A stretch of DNA of 61,421 nt, the filler included, from Streblomastix strix (taxonomy: Eukaryota): the NCBI GenBank assembly GCA_008636045.1. It is 4 parts of 4 records of this genome, joined end to end, with 100 filler letters (N's around TTAATTAATTAA, not from the genome) between each part and the next. Parts side by side here need not be neighbours in the genome. Positions count along the whole stretch, not along the records: positions 46,157 to 61,421 come from SNRW01001010.1; 3 more parts are not named here. One strand, written 5' to 3'. Below the pieces are notes generated by a model. That model saw only the letters and a program-made list of their open reading frames with translations. It was not told where the DNA came from and searched no databases. Shown here in pieces: positions 60,801 through 61,421 of this stretch (the stretch's first letter is position 1; every line of letters starts with the position of its first letter). A program made the translations under genes and the position numbers.

Positions 60801-61068
60801 CTTAATAATATATTGATTAATCAGCTCCATAATATCAGATGAATTCTGCAACTGCACAAACAGTACCAAATGAAAGATCAATTCTTGCTCCTCAGAGTTA
60901 AATGCGTTTGGGTTAATTATTATCATAGTCATAAACATAGCCTCCTCAAGTTTATTCATCATTAATCGTTTCTCCTCCATAAACACATCAATAATAACAA
61001 CCTTAATAATAAACATAATCTACATCTTCTTCTTAATAGTAAACATAATTTACATCTTCTTCTCCATG
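57857..61068 (+). CDS. CRT10-like WD40 protein with long Q/S-rich insertions; possibly disrupted
   Basis: INQLRFGFLHGRQVLITVSCSG, TLGVAL..FAVSANTHLIT, LQGHENNIPGIDISGCGKFLCSCSVDGTFLVWDI. Several 5' introns; apparent frameshifts/TGA in the 3' half. Ends approximate. Confidence 0.55.
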
Positions 61069-61421
61069 AATAGAGTTGGTGCATATGCGATTGAAGGCAG
61101 AATTATTGATATGTCATCGCTTACACTCGAGTTCAGACTCAGATGATCTGATTGTTGTTGACTCAAAGATGGATAGAAACTTTGTCTTGGTGGAGCTGGA
61201 GCCATATATAGTGATGATAAAGAAGGACTTCGAATGCTTCTTCCTTGATTCAAACCTCCTATACCAAACAGTAGTGGTGTTAATTGAACTCTGCGTTGAA
61301 TAGATGGAGCATTCAGTGTAGATTCATGAGATGAAATATATTCAGGCATCAGCATCGGTGTGAATTATGATGAATTTGATTGTGATGTTGAATGAGTATG
61401 TGAATGTGTAGTTAGACTCAT

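Noticed and set aside
61050..61421. Overlapping plus and minus ORFs at the window end
   Set aside because: The minus frame may be the 3' end of a convergent Ser-rich gene, but strand and boundaries cannot be resolved here.

Overview
AT-rich eukaryotic DNA that reads properly only with the TAA/TAG=Gln code (TGA the sole stop) and short GT-AG introns, so the supplied ORF track is fragmented and misleading. The code, introns and gene families best fit an oxymonad such as Streblomastix strix (inference). Three 44N-TTAATTAATTAA-44N spacers (15289, 30677, 46057) join four contigs, so linkage across them is unproven. Mobile content: two DIRS-type tyrosine-recombinase retrotransposons with a methyltransferase-like domain, a decayed protein-primed PolB, a TIR element with a 9-bp TSD, and a ~11 kb endogenous Polinton/Maverick-like virus. 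The virus has capsid genes, a packaging ATPase, two phage-like fibre genes, two HNH genes, an adenovirus protein VI-like peptide and periodic terminal repeats. Host genes: an RRM + duplicated helical module + 4x MLLE protein and an RRM paralogue, ARMC6, eIF4G with PAM2-like motifs, a beta-helix-like membrane protein, a CxxC-repeat protein, two metallophosphoesterases, an aldo-keto reductase and a CRT10-like WD40 gene. All calls come from manual translation and motif recognition; no database searches were run.
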